Part shown: one piece after another, positions 38,905 to 47,384 of the stretch
How the letters are laid out: each line of letters opens with the position of its first letter
Position numbering within the stretch: position 1 is the first letter of the stretch
Source: Bacilli bacterium
GTDB lineage: Bacteria > Bacillota_I > Bacilli_A > RFN20 > CAG-826
Direction of reading: 5' to 3'
Assembly: GCA_022482735.1 (NCBI GenBank)
Contig: JAKVOO010000001.1
Span: forward strand, 1,399,004-1,463,003
Length of the DNA stretch: 64,000 nt
Notes under the pieces: model-generated
The model's input: the letters and a program-made list of their open reading frames with translations, nothing else
What the model was told of the DNA's origin: nothing
The model's database searches: none
Position numbers and translations under genes: made by a program

Positions 38905-39929
38905 AGTATAGTGAATTCGCTCAGTATTATAAAAAGAACATCAGTCGTCCAAATGGACGACATTTTGCTTTAAGTTTTGCTCTTTATTCGGTAATAGCAA
39001 TTTCATTTATAATTGATTATTTTGTCCCAGGAATTATTATTCTTTTATTTCCATTTATAATCGTGCCTTTTCTTTTCACAATTCATCTTGCCAACGTTCG
39101 GGCGATGATGGATAGCAACTTTAAAAGAGGACTTTATCGCAATTTTTTAGCAGGCTATCAAGAAAAAATTTTCCATACTTATCAGCCGATAGGAACACTA
39201 CTTCGGGGAATTTTGGTTTTCTTTGTCTCTCTTTTTGTCGAATCAATTATTCTTTCGCTTATCAGTCCCTTATTTCCGGCCGTCCAATCGTTTATGACTG
39301 ATCTTGAAAGCATAATTCAAACCAGCGGTTTTGCCAGTGCATCCGCCTATTTAAATACTAATTGGAATGTAATTCGCCCTTTGGCGATGGTTTTATATCT
39401 GATTGCTTTTCTTGTGACGACCATTTACATTATTATTCGAACGCTCATACGGGGATTTTTTATTAATTACGCATTGGGTTTGACGGTGCTATCATCTAGT
39501 CAAGTCAAAATGGAAATAGCTTCGCCCTATGCTACGTTTAAAAAAATTCATTATGCGATTTTGTTTCGTGAATTGTTACTCCCATTTTTAACATTTATTA
39601 TCTTTTTTGCGGGCGGAGCCCTTTTGTCTTATTTCCGTTTTCCGGATGATTTGAAGTTGGCCTTTACGTTAGGAATGATTTTTGGCTTGCTACCATCAGT
39701 ATTCTTTATTTATCGTCTCTACACGGTCAGCGATGTGCTATATGATATTTTCTTTCGCAATAATGCCAATTACTTTTTAAATGTTATTACCCGTGATGCC
39801 AACAGCCTTTTGTCGCGTCCGGACATTGATGGCGAAATGAAAAAAAGGATTGAAATCTATCTAATTACTTTAAAAACGCAAGTTGGATTATCCTTAAAAA
39901 AGGAAGATTCAAATACGTCTAAAGAATAA
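38901..39929 (+). CDS. Polytopic membrane protein of unknown function (about 8 TM helices), translationally coupled to the NERD-like gene.
   Basis: ATGA overlap with the upstream gene. Hydrophobicity pattern only. Confidence 0.45.
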   Translation: MKYSEFAQYYKKNISRPNGRHFALSFALYSVIAISFIIDYFVPGIIILLFPFIIVPFLFTIHLANVRAMMDSNFKRGLYRNFLAGYQEKIFHTYQPIGTLLRGILVFFVSLFVESIILSLISPLFPAVQSFMTDLESIIQTSGFASASAYLNTNWNVIRPLAMVLYLIAFLVTTIYIIIRTLIRGFFINYALGLTVLSSSQVKMEIASPYATFKKIHYAILFRELLLPFLTFIIFFAGGALLSYFRFPDDLKLAFTLGMIFGLLPSVFFIYRLYTVSDVLYDIFFRNNANYFLNVITRDANSLLSRPDIDGEMKKRIEIYLITLKTQVGLSLKKEDSNTSKE

Positions 39930-40213
39930 ATAATCAGTATATAAAACTATAGAAGAAATCATTAGCAACTAAACTGTCTTTCTCGACGACAGTAATTTTT
40001 AAAGTATAGCGACTACCGCTGATGGGAAAAGATGATAATTTGAAAATACGCTCGGTTATACCCGCTTCGTTTTCATTTTCATTTAATAAAATTGGCGTTT
40101 CTCCGTCCGCTATAAAAAGTTGGGTTTTCTCTACTATATATTTAGCATCACTAGCTAGAAAGTACGCATTGTCTTTCAGTAGGGAGAAAGAGCAATAGTA
40201 ATCAGTGGTTAAA

Positions 40214-41026
40214 TCAGAGGCAGGGGTTTATTTCTTCATTCGGCAAGTTTTCGTTTTGCAAAATAAAGAAAGATACGTTATTAATTAATGATGTCTCGGG
40301 CGCACTTATGGGGGCCTCATTGAAGTAATAGTAAAGAGTTCTAGCATCAATTTCTTCCGTTTCATTATCGCTGAAACTAAAGGCTAAAGAACGGATAGTG
40401 TTATCCACAACGCGAATACGAAAACTAGTTAAAGTACGATTGACGGTATCTATCGAGTAGAAAAAACGTTCGCTAACTGAGTCAAAGTAATCCGGCAATA
40501 AATTATAGTAGCCACTGGCGTTTTCATCATAAACAAACATCGCTTCATCCAAAGTGGAAATATTATAAACGCCGAAATGACTTAAGGTGGATTCCGTAAT
40601 CGGTAAATCGGATAATTCATGTCCGGTGGTTATTTGTTGCTGAAAAGAATAGCCTAAGCCAAAAGTGCCATTATTTTTTTGATTGCTGTAGTAGTAGTAA
40701 TCAAAACCAGTATCCTCATAAGCGTAATAAAATCGTTCCAAATATTCTACGTCGCTTAAGCCGATAAGTGGGTTATGGTAGATGTCCAAGCGAATGTCGC
40801 CTTTTTTGGTTATAAAAGCATCGGTCTCATGGGCTCCATAAGTAGCATCCTTGTCGTGTTTTTCATTGATGCGATAAAAATTAAAAAGCGCACTATCAAG
40901 AGCTTGATCAAGCATCTGTTCATCATTGGGGCCGGAACTGATCGGCTCAATAATTCCCTGGCATGCCGCTAGTAGAGTTATTGTAGTGAGTGACAAAACT
41001 AGGCTCTTAATTCTCTTACTTTTCAT
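40214..41026 (-). CDS. Lipoprotein of unknown function.
   Basis: Lipobox LLAACQG after MKSKRIKSLVL. The real start is the internal ATG of ORF 40214-41107. Confidence 0.5.
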   Translation of the reverse strand: MKSKRIKSLVLSLTTITLLAACQGIIEPISSGPNDEQMLDQALDSALFNFYRINEKHDKDATYGAHETDAFITKKGDIRLDIYHNPLIGLSDVEYLERFYYAYEDTGFDYYYYSNQKNNGTFGLGYSFQQQITTGHELSDLPITESTLSHFGVYNISTLDEAMFVYDENASGYYNLLPDYFDSVSERFFYSIDTVNRTLTSFRIRVVDNTIRSLAFSFSDNETEEIDARTLYYYFNEAPISAPETSLINNVSFFILQNENLPNEEINPCL

Positions 41027-41028
41027 TT

Positions 41029-41511
41029 TTATCCTAGTCTCCTCATTTGATTTATAGCAATACCGGATGAGAATAAAATACCGATAGATGAAAAAATAAT
41101 TGCACAAACACTGCCATACCCAAGGCGATAACTATCGTATAAATAAACCTTTTCGCCATCGATAACGCTATATACATAGGTGTTTCCCGAGGCAAATATA
41201 ACAATTGAGTAGGCAAAAGCAAAAACCAATCCGATAGCTAGAAGGGCTTTCCAAAATGTTTTCTTGTTCACGAGAACATAAAATAGAAAAATTACTTGGA
41301 CCACAACAAACGGAAGAATAAAGGCAGATATTATTACCCAATTGGCAGTTATATGTCCATTGTTGTTATAGATTTGGACAGCATTTATTCCAATTAAAGA
41401 CGATTGAGTCGTCGTCTCATATAAATAATCACCATACATAAAAAGCCCGATACCAATCGTTAATAGATAGGTTATAACAAGGAGAATGCGATCAAGAGAT
41501 ATTTTTTTCAT
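41029..41511 (-). CDS. Small polytopic membrane protein of unknown function, immediately upstream of and coupled to the lipoprotein gene.
   Basis: 4 predicted TM helices. GGAG RBS before MKKISLD. Confidence 0.45.
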   Translation of the reverse strand: MKKISLDRILLVITYLLTIGIGLFMYGDYLYETTTQSSLIGINAVQIYNNNGHITANWVIISAFILPFVVVQVIFLFYVLVNKKTFWKALLAIGLVFAFAYSIVIFASGNTYVYSVIDGEKVYLYDSYRLGYGSVCAIIFSSIGILFSSGIAINQMRRLG

Positions 41512-41764
41512 AACAAAACTCCAGTGCATACATTTTAGAAAAAAAAGTTTGTTTTATCAATTGCTAATCGGTTATAAAAGGAAAGATTATGTGTTTTTTT
41601 GATTCATGTGTATGTGTTTTGGCTAAAATGCCAGTTCTAAAAATAATTAAGTTAGTAAGAATAATTGTTAGTAGCGGTATATAGAAAAAATATTATTGAT
41701 TTATTGGGATCAAGAAGCAATGTTAGCCATGTGGCAACATTAGAGAATCTATAGATCTGATAAA

Positions 41765-42055
41765 ATGATAAAGAATTTCATCATTTCAAAGAGAAAGCCA
41801 AATCTATATTTTCACGGCTTTAATAATCTTTATATAAGAGCATGGTTAGTTAGGCAATTAAAACTGATGGAAGGGTACATTAATATGCTTCCAATTGCAG
41901 GTTTGTTTTTGAATTTTTGCGCCGAGCATGATCGGCATAAATATGAATTGATTAAGTCCAAATTTGAAGAAGCCAAAAAAAGTTCAAAGTTCAAAGGAAT
42001 TCAGCTGGAAAGGAAAACTGAAGAATATATGCAGGATTGTTATCATAAAAGATGA
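41765..42055 (+). CDS. Hypothetical small protein. Weak call.
   Basis: ORF only. No recognisable motif or RBS. Confidence 0.2.
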   Translation: MIKNFIISKRKPNLYFHGFNNLYIRAWLVRQLKLMEGYINMLPIAGLFLNFCAEHDRHKYELIKSKFEEAKKSSKFKGIQLERKTEEYMQDCYHKR

Positions 42056-42243
42056 AAACAAAGACAAGATAATAGATTAAGTAATAAGTAAATCAGTGTA
42101 GATATTTATCTTCGTATTTGATTGAGAAGATGACTGGCAGAAATTGAGCTTCAATATGTTTACTCATAAAAATAGAAAAAATCACCCAATTTTGAGTGAT
42201 TTTAAACTATTCTTGTTCGTTTTCAAATAATCAAATCTAGAAA

Positions 42244-42318
42244 CTGGAGCAGGTGACGGGAATCGAACCCGCGTATCTACCTTGGCAAGGTAGTGTTCTA
42301 CCATTGAACTACACCTGC
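42244..42318 (-). tRNA. tRNA-Gly (anticodon GCC), ending in CCA.
   Basis: Reverse complement reads tgcaggtgtagttcaatggtagaacactaccttGCCaaggtag…ttcgattcccgtcacctgctcca. Confidence 0.85.
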
Positions 42319-42431
42319 ATTGATTGCGTTTTTTATTATATGAGAGCGGAAGATATAATGCAAGAACTTTTCGCTTAATATAATTACTTTATTTCTTGGC
42401 TATGGTATTATTATTAGGATTTGGAGGCATT

Positions 42432-44094
42432 ATGGCAACGGCACACGAATTAGCAAATATTATTTTTCCAGACATAACAGATACGATTGACGATTTAGAA
42501 AAGCAATTTCCTCCCCGCAAGTTGAAAACAGGAGCTATGGTTACTAGATTTGCTCCTTCCCCAACTGGGATTTTTGCATACAGGATCACTTTTTACTTCA
42601 CTTATCGCCCGCAAGGTCGCATCCGATTCTCAAGGTGTGTTTTTTACGCGTCTCGAGGACACCGATAGTAAACGCGAAATTGTTGGCGCGGGCAATCTCT
42701 TGCTCAAAGAATTGAAAGCTTTCGGAATTGAACCGGATGAAGGTTATTTAGGCGATCAGCAATGTGGAGATTACGGACCTTATGTTCAAAGTCAACGGGC
42801 CAATATTTATAAGATTGTTATCAAAAGCATGATTGAAAGAGATTTGGCTTATCCTTGTTTTTGTACCCCGGAAGAGCTAAGCGAAATGCGTAACCGGCAA
42901 GAACAAAGCAAAGTTATACCTGGCTACTATGGTCCTTATGCTCATTGTCGTTTTATTCCGCAAGAAGAGGCGTTAGAGCGCATTAAGAACAATGAACCGT
43001 ATGTCATTCGTTTTAAGTCACCAGGTAACCATAATCATAAAATTAAGGTCATTGACCTGATTCGAGGAAAAATGGAATTAACTGAAAATGACCAGGATAT
43101 TATTATTATGAAAAGTGATGGACTTCCAACCTATCACTTTGCCCACATTGTGGATGATCATTTTATGCGGACAAATTGCGTAACGCGAGGTGAGGAATGG
43201 TTATCGTCACTTCCGATTCATATTCAATTATTTGAATCACTTGGTTGGGAAGCGCCAGGATATGCGCATCTGCCGGTTATTAACAAGTTGGATAATGGAA
43301 ACAAACGGAAGCTTAGTAAACGCAAAGATCCAGAAGCGGCAGTTAGCTTCTTTATTGAAAAAGGTTATCCTTTAGAAGCAGTAAACACCTACCTATTAAG
43401 CATTGCAAATAGCAATTTTGAAGAGTGGTGGGCTCAGAATAAGAGCCAAAGTTTAGACCAGTTTAAATTTAGTTTTTCCAAAATGTCATTAGATGGGGCA
43501 TTGTTTGACCTCGATAAAGTTAATTATTTTGCCAAGGAAATATTGGGACTCTTGGATGCGGAAACAATATCAAATCGGGCATTGATTTGGGCTAAATCTT
43601 ACGATGCGGATTTTGCTTCCCTTATTGAAAGCAACTTTGTGTATTTTGTCAGTATTATGGGTATTGAAAGAGGAATTGCTAAACCAAGAAAAGATTATTC
43701 AACCTTCAGCGACATTTATCCAGCGATTAAGTTTTTTTATCGCCCATTTTATATTGAACTAACAAATAGTGAGCTACCATTTAATCCTAATATTGAAAGT
43801 TTAGTTATTAAGGAATCCTTAAATGATGTTTTAAAGGCAACGGACTTTAACCTTGATGAGCACGATTGGTTTGAAAGCCTTAAGCAAATAGCCTCTCGCC
43901 ACCAATTTGCTCCAAGTGGAAAATTATATAAGGCCAATCCTGCCGACTATGTTGGCAATATTGGCGATTTTGCAGAAATTTTACGGGTAGCTTTGACTGG
44001 TTCAAGACAATCTCCGAACCTTTATTATATTATTCAGGTCTTAGGGCCGGAAGAATTTGCATTTCGTATTAAATACGTTATTGAAAAACTTTAA
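42432..44094 (+). CDS. gltX: Glutamyl-tRNA synthetase. The frame is broken by a 1-nt insertion at about 42570, inside the HIGH motif (ORFs 42396-42668 and 42550-44094).
   Basis: MVTRFAPSPTG then a frame switch into (F)LHTGSLFTSLIARK. KMSKR-like LSKRK. GGAGG RBS at 42432. Confidence 0.85.
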
Positions 44095-44120
44095 TAATTA
44101 TGGTTTAATTTAATGCGCTT

Positions 44121-44197
44121 GGTCCGTTGGAGAAGCGGCTTAACTCATATCCCTCTCAAGGATACATTCATGGGTTCGAATCCCATACGGATCACCA
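44121..44197 (+). tRNA. tRNA-Glu with anticodon CTC, ending in CCA.
   Basis: ggtccgttggagaagcggcttaactcatatccctCTCaaggata…ggttcgaatcccatacggatcacca. Same scaffold as the tRNA-Glu(TTC) at 62383 but with a different anticodon stem-loop. Confidence 0.75.
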
Positions 44198-44208
44198 TTA
44201 TGAACTTT

Positions 44209-44241
44209 AAACCATGCTACATAAAAAAGCATGGTTTTTTC
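44209..44241 (+). terminator. Rho-independent terminator after tRNA-Glu(CTC).
   Basis: aaaccatgct-acataaaaa-agcatggttt hairpin plus TTTTTT. Confidence 0.6.
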
Positions 44242-44443
44242 ATTTATAGGGCATTTTTGGCGATTTTTATATAATAAAACTCGATTCACAATTTTTCCTG
44301 TTAGAGTGCAAGGAAGTCGAGTTGTATGAGAAGGAAATCAAAACGCTAAATAATAATGATTTTCCATTTACATATAAATAAAGTCTTGTTTATTTGAACG
44401 GGGCGTAAAAATGTGCAAAACAATCTTATAGAGGTGATTTGAC

Positions 44444-44671
44444 GTGTACTTAAAGAGAAAAATCGATATTTTTTTAATTAAACGGAAAGAAAATAAAGGG
44501 AAAAGCCCCCTTGTGATTAATGGTTCCAGGCAAGTTGGTAAAACCAAATCAATTCTAGAATTTGCAAATAATAATTACGATAACTTTTCTAATAGTTATA
44601 TATCACGATTAACTTTCTACCATTCAAACCGTAAATTAAGATTTCCGATCAATTTAATTTTAGTTCTTTAA
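44444..44671 (+). pseudogene. Remnant of an AAA_14/DUF4143-family ATPase gene. About 40 N-terminal residues are conserved, followed by unrelated sequence and a stop.
   Basis: Degenerate Walker A PLVINGSRQVGKTKSIL (compare GPRQVGKTTLL). GTG start. 75 codons only. Confidence 0.4.
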
Positions 44672-44681
44672 TATATTCGAT

Positions 44682-45659
44682 TTATCGTTTGTGTCTTTTT
44701 TCAAAAACAATAAGGGCAACGCCTCCAATTAAGGCAAAGAAGGCACTAATGGCAATGATAATCCAAAATGAGTTGGGAGTATCTTGAAGTGGCATCCCCG
44801 AATTAATATTCATTCCGTAGAATGAAGCAATAAGTGTTGGAATTGAAAGAACAATAGTAAGAATGGCTAAAACTTTCATTACAATATTCAAATTGTTTGA
44901 AATAATCGAGGCAAAAGCATCCATCATACCTGCCAAGATATCACGGTAAATCGAACACATTTCAATAGCTTGGTTTAGTTCGACCTGGACATCTTCCATT
45001 AAATCGTAGTCATCTTCGTATTTTTTGTAATCAGCAGTTTTCTTTAGTCTTTCCGATACGGCTTTATCGGCATTGAGAGCAGTTGAAAAGTAAACAAGCA
45101 TCTTATTTAATTCCATAAGATCAAACAGTTCCTTGTTTTTCATCGAAGAATGCAGCCGGCTCTCAATCGCTCGTGAGCGAGCATCAATTCTTTTTAAACT
45201 GGCAATGAAATTTTGAGCTAAAGTAAAAAGAAGATGAAGGGTCATTCGAACATGCTTATGGGGCTCAAGTAATTTGCTCTTGGCCACCAGTTGGTTGATG
45301 AGATTGCTTTCTTCTTGATGCAGAGTGACATAATAAGATTGATTGTAAATAATTACAAACGGAATAGTTTCAAATAATGGTTTAGTTTCTTTTTTTTCGC
45401 TTTGGATTCGCTCAACAGGAGTATCCAAAACAATCAAGGTATTTCCTTCATCGTAGTCAGCCCGCGCAGATTCTTCACTATCGAGGGCGCTAACTAAAAA
45501 ATCCAAGGGTAAAGAGGTCAGTTTACTCAACTCTTTGAGGGTATCAAGCGTAGGACTTGAAATATCAATCCAGACATTTTCGGCGACGGCCGAAAAGTCG
45601 TTATTCTCATGCGTTGACGAGACAAGGTGACCATTATCTTCTCTAAATACTTTTATCAT
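44682..45659 (-). CDS. corA: CorA-family Mg2+/Co2+ transporter.
   Basis: C-terminal 2 TM helices with the FYGMN motif (SFYGMNINS). GGAGG RBS. Confidence 0.85.
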   Translation of the reverse strand: MIKVFREDNGHLVSSTHENNDFSAVAENVWIDISSPTLDTLKELSKLTSLPLDFLVSALDSEESARADYDEGNTLIVLDTPVERIQSEKKETKPLFETIPFVIIYNQSYYVTLHQEESNLINQLVAKSKLLEPHKHVRMTLHLLFTLAQNFIASLKRIDARSRAIESRLHSSMKNKELFDLMELNKMLVYFSTALNADKAVSERLKKTADYKKYEDDYDLMEDVQVELNQAIEMCSIYRDILAGMMDAFASIISNNLNIVMKVLAILTIVLSIPTLIASFYGMNINSGMPLQDTPNSFWIIIAISAFFALIGGVALIVFEKRHKR

Positions 45660-45793
45660 AATGATTCCTCCGTTATTTAGTTCATTACTTCACAATACGC
45701 CAAGAGCAGGAAAAAGACAAACACAAAACGAAAGGCGTTTTTTTTGCTTTTTCTATCGTTAATATTGTAAAATATAAAAAAGGAGATAGCAAA

Positions 45794-47032
45794 ATGAAAA
45801 GAGCGCAAATTGTTTTTATTACTAGTTTTATTTTGTCTTTTATTGCCTATAGTTTATTTTCAACTTTGATTATATCGACTGGAAGCATCTTTTCCCTTAT
45901 CCCCCATGCTTTTGTGGAAATGTACAGTGCATTTTTAACTTTTGAATTTTCAAGTTTTCTTTATGATTTAATGATGTTTGTTGCCGTTTTTACCCTAGTA
46001 TTCGTCATAGCTTGGTTGGTAAAACTGATTAGGCGACGGGGTAATTGGACGGATATAGTGGGAATAGTTATTTTTCTAATCACAATGGCTAACTTAGGGG
46101 CGGTTTTACTTTATCGAAACCAATGGGCGAGCTCTTTAGCATCAACTGATGAGCAGACACGTTTGATTACTATATACGCTATAAGTATGATGGCAATCAT
46201 GTCGGTAGCGGGCCTTTTAGTTGGATTTAACGGAATTACTATTGTACGAGTCAAAAAAACCAAGGAACCTAAAATAGAAGCTAAAGAATCTACCGCTCCA
46301 TTAAAGGAAGATAAGATGGGTTCTACAGCGAATGAAACAGTCATCGCCGGTAAAACAGTTGAAAAAGAAACTTTGCCGACAACCAACGAACTTACGCCAT
46401 CGGTTGTTCACTCAATTGTGCGTGAGGAGTTGGATATATATTTTAGAAGTCATGAACCTTTAACTTTAAATCGGGCGATTCTAGAAGAGCCAGTTGCGAA
46501 TGAAAAAGTGACCGAGGAAAAAGTGGATAAACCGGCTGAAGAGCCAATTGAAGAAGAACCCGTAGTTGTAGAGGAAAAAGTAACTCCAACCTTGGATTCA
46601 ACAGAAGACAAAATTGAAGAGCCAGATGAGTTAAATGAAGCAGAAGAAGGCAAATTTCCTAAAATTGTATCGATTCCTTTTGCAGATAAACTGAAAATGA
46701 TATCCGAGGAAGATATGGCTAGTTATACTCAAATTCGGGATTATCTTTTGGCCTACGGATTTCATAGTCGAATTTCGCATACCGCGGAAACATTTAGACT
46801 CCATCGACAAGAAATTGCCAAGATTGCCATTGGAGGAAAAACAATTAAATTATTCTTGGCATTAAACCCGAAGGAATATGCCAATAGCACGATCCCCGTT
46901 CGCGATTCATCTTCGACCAAGGCCTATAAAGAAGTGCCAACGATGATAAAGATTAAATCCGCCTTGTCAGTCAAGCGGGCCTTTATGCTTATTGATGATG
47001 TGGCTAAGGCAAACGGCCAAGCAAAAAAATAG
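45794..47032 (+). CDS. Membrane protein with 4 N-terminal TM helices, an acidic E/P/K-rich linker and an approximately 120-aa C-terminal globular domain. Function unknown.
   Basis: AAAAAGGAG RBS. Composition and hydropathy only. Confidence 0.45.
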   Translation: MKRAQIVFITSFILSFIAYSLFSTLIISTGSIFSLIPHAFVEMYSAFLTFEFSSFLYDLMMFVAVFTLVFVIAWLVKLIRRRGNWTDIVGIVIFLITMANLGAVLLYRNQWASSLASTDEQTRLITIYAISMMAIMSVAGLLVGFNGITIVRVKKTKEPKIEAKESTAPLKEDKMGSTANETVIAGKTVEKETLPTTNELTPSVVHSIVREELDIYFRSHEPLTLNRAILEEPVANEKVTEEKVDKPAEEPIEEEPVVVEEKVTPTLDSTEDKIEEPDELNEAEEGKFPKIVSIPFADKLKMISEEDMASYTQIRDYLLAYGFHSRISHTAETFRLHRQEIAKIAIGGKTIKLFLALNPKEYANSTIPVRDSSSTKAYKEVPTMIKIKSALSVKRAFMLIDDVAKANGQAKK

Positions 47033-47056
47033 TATCATCTTATTTATAAAATTTTA

Positions 47057-47082
47057 GGGTCGCATTTTGCGGCCTTTTTTTA
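47057..47082 (+). terminator. Rho-independent terminator.
   Basis: ggtcgc-atttt-gcggcc hairpin (one G·U pair) plus TTTTTTT. Confidence 0.5.
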
Positions 47083-47105
47083 TTAAATTAGACAAATATA
47101 ATTTT

Positions 47106-47122
47106 TTGTGCAAAGTGCACAA
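47106..47122. promoter_or_regulatory. 17-bp palindrome TTGTGCA-AAG-TGCACAA in the long leader upstream of nrdD. It is a candidate binding site for a Crp/Fnr- or Rex-like regulator.
   Basis: Direct read. Perfect 7-3-7 inverted repeat. Matches 15 of 17 positions of the site at 19182-19198. Confidence 0.35.
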
Positions 47123-47384
47123 GAAAATGTTTGAAAATTATTTTCAATTCATGTTAGTTGTTTTCTAGTAAAGAATAAAAAAGCCTTATAAAAACGGAAT
47201 AAAATAACAGATATTATTTTCATAACGATTTTCAGAAAGCGCTATATTTTTGAATTAATAAAAATCGGTTGTTAAAAATAAATCGCTTGCATATAATTGA
47301 ATTACCAATTTACGGAACAAATGCGTTTCAAAATTGAAGGCAGGGAAAAGCCTATTATTTTCTTATGCCAAAAGGAAGGAATTA

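Noticed and set aside
47297-47384. N-terminal extension of the nrdD ORF (MNYQFTEQMRFKIEGREKPIIFLCQKEGI).
   Set aside because: The conserved ATP-cone starts at MRKIIKRDG (47385), which has a good RBS. The upstream in-frame stretch is leader sequence.
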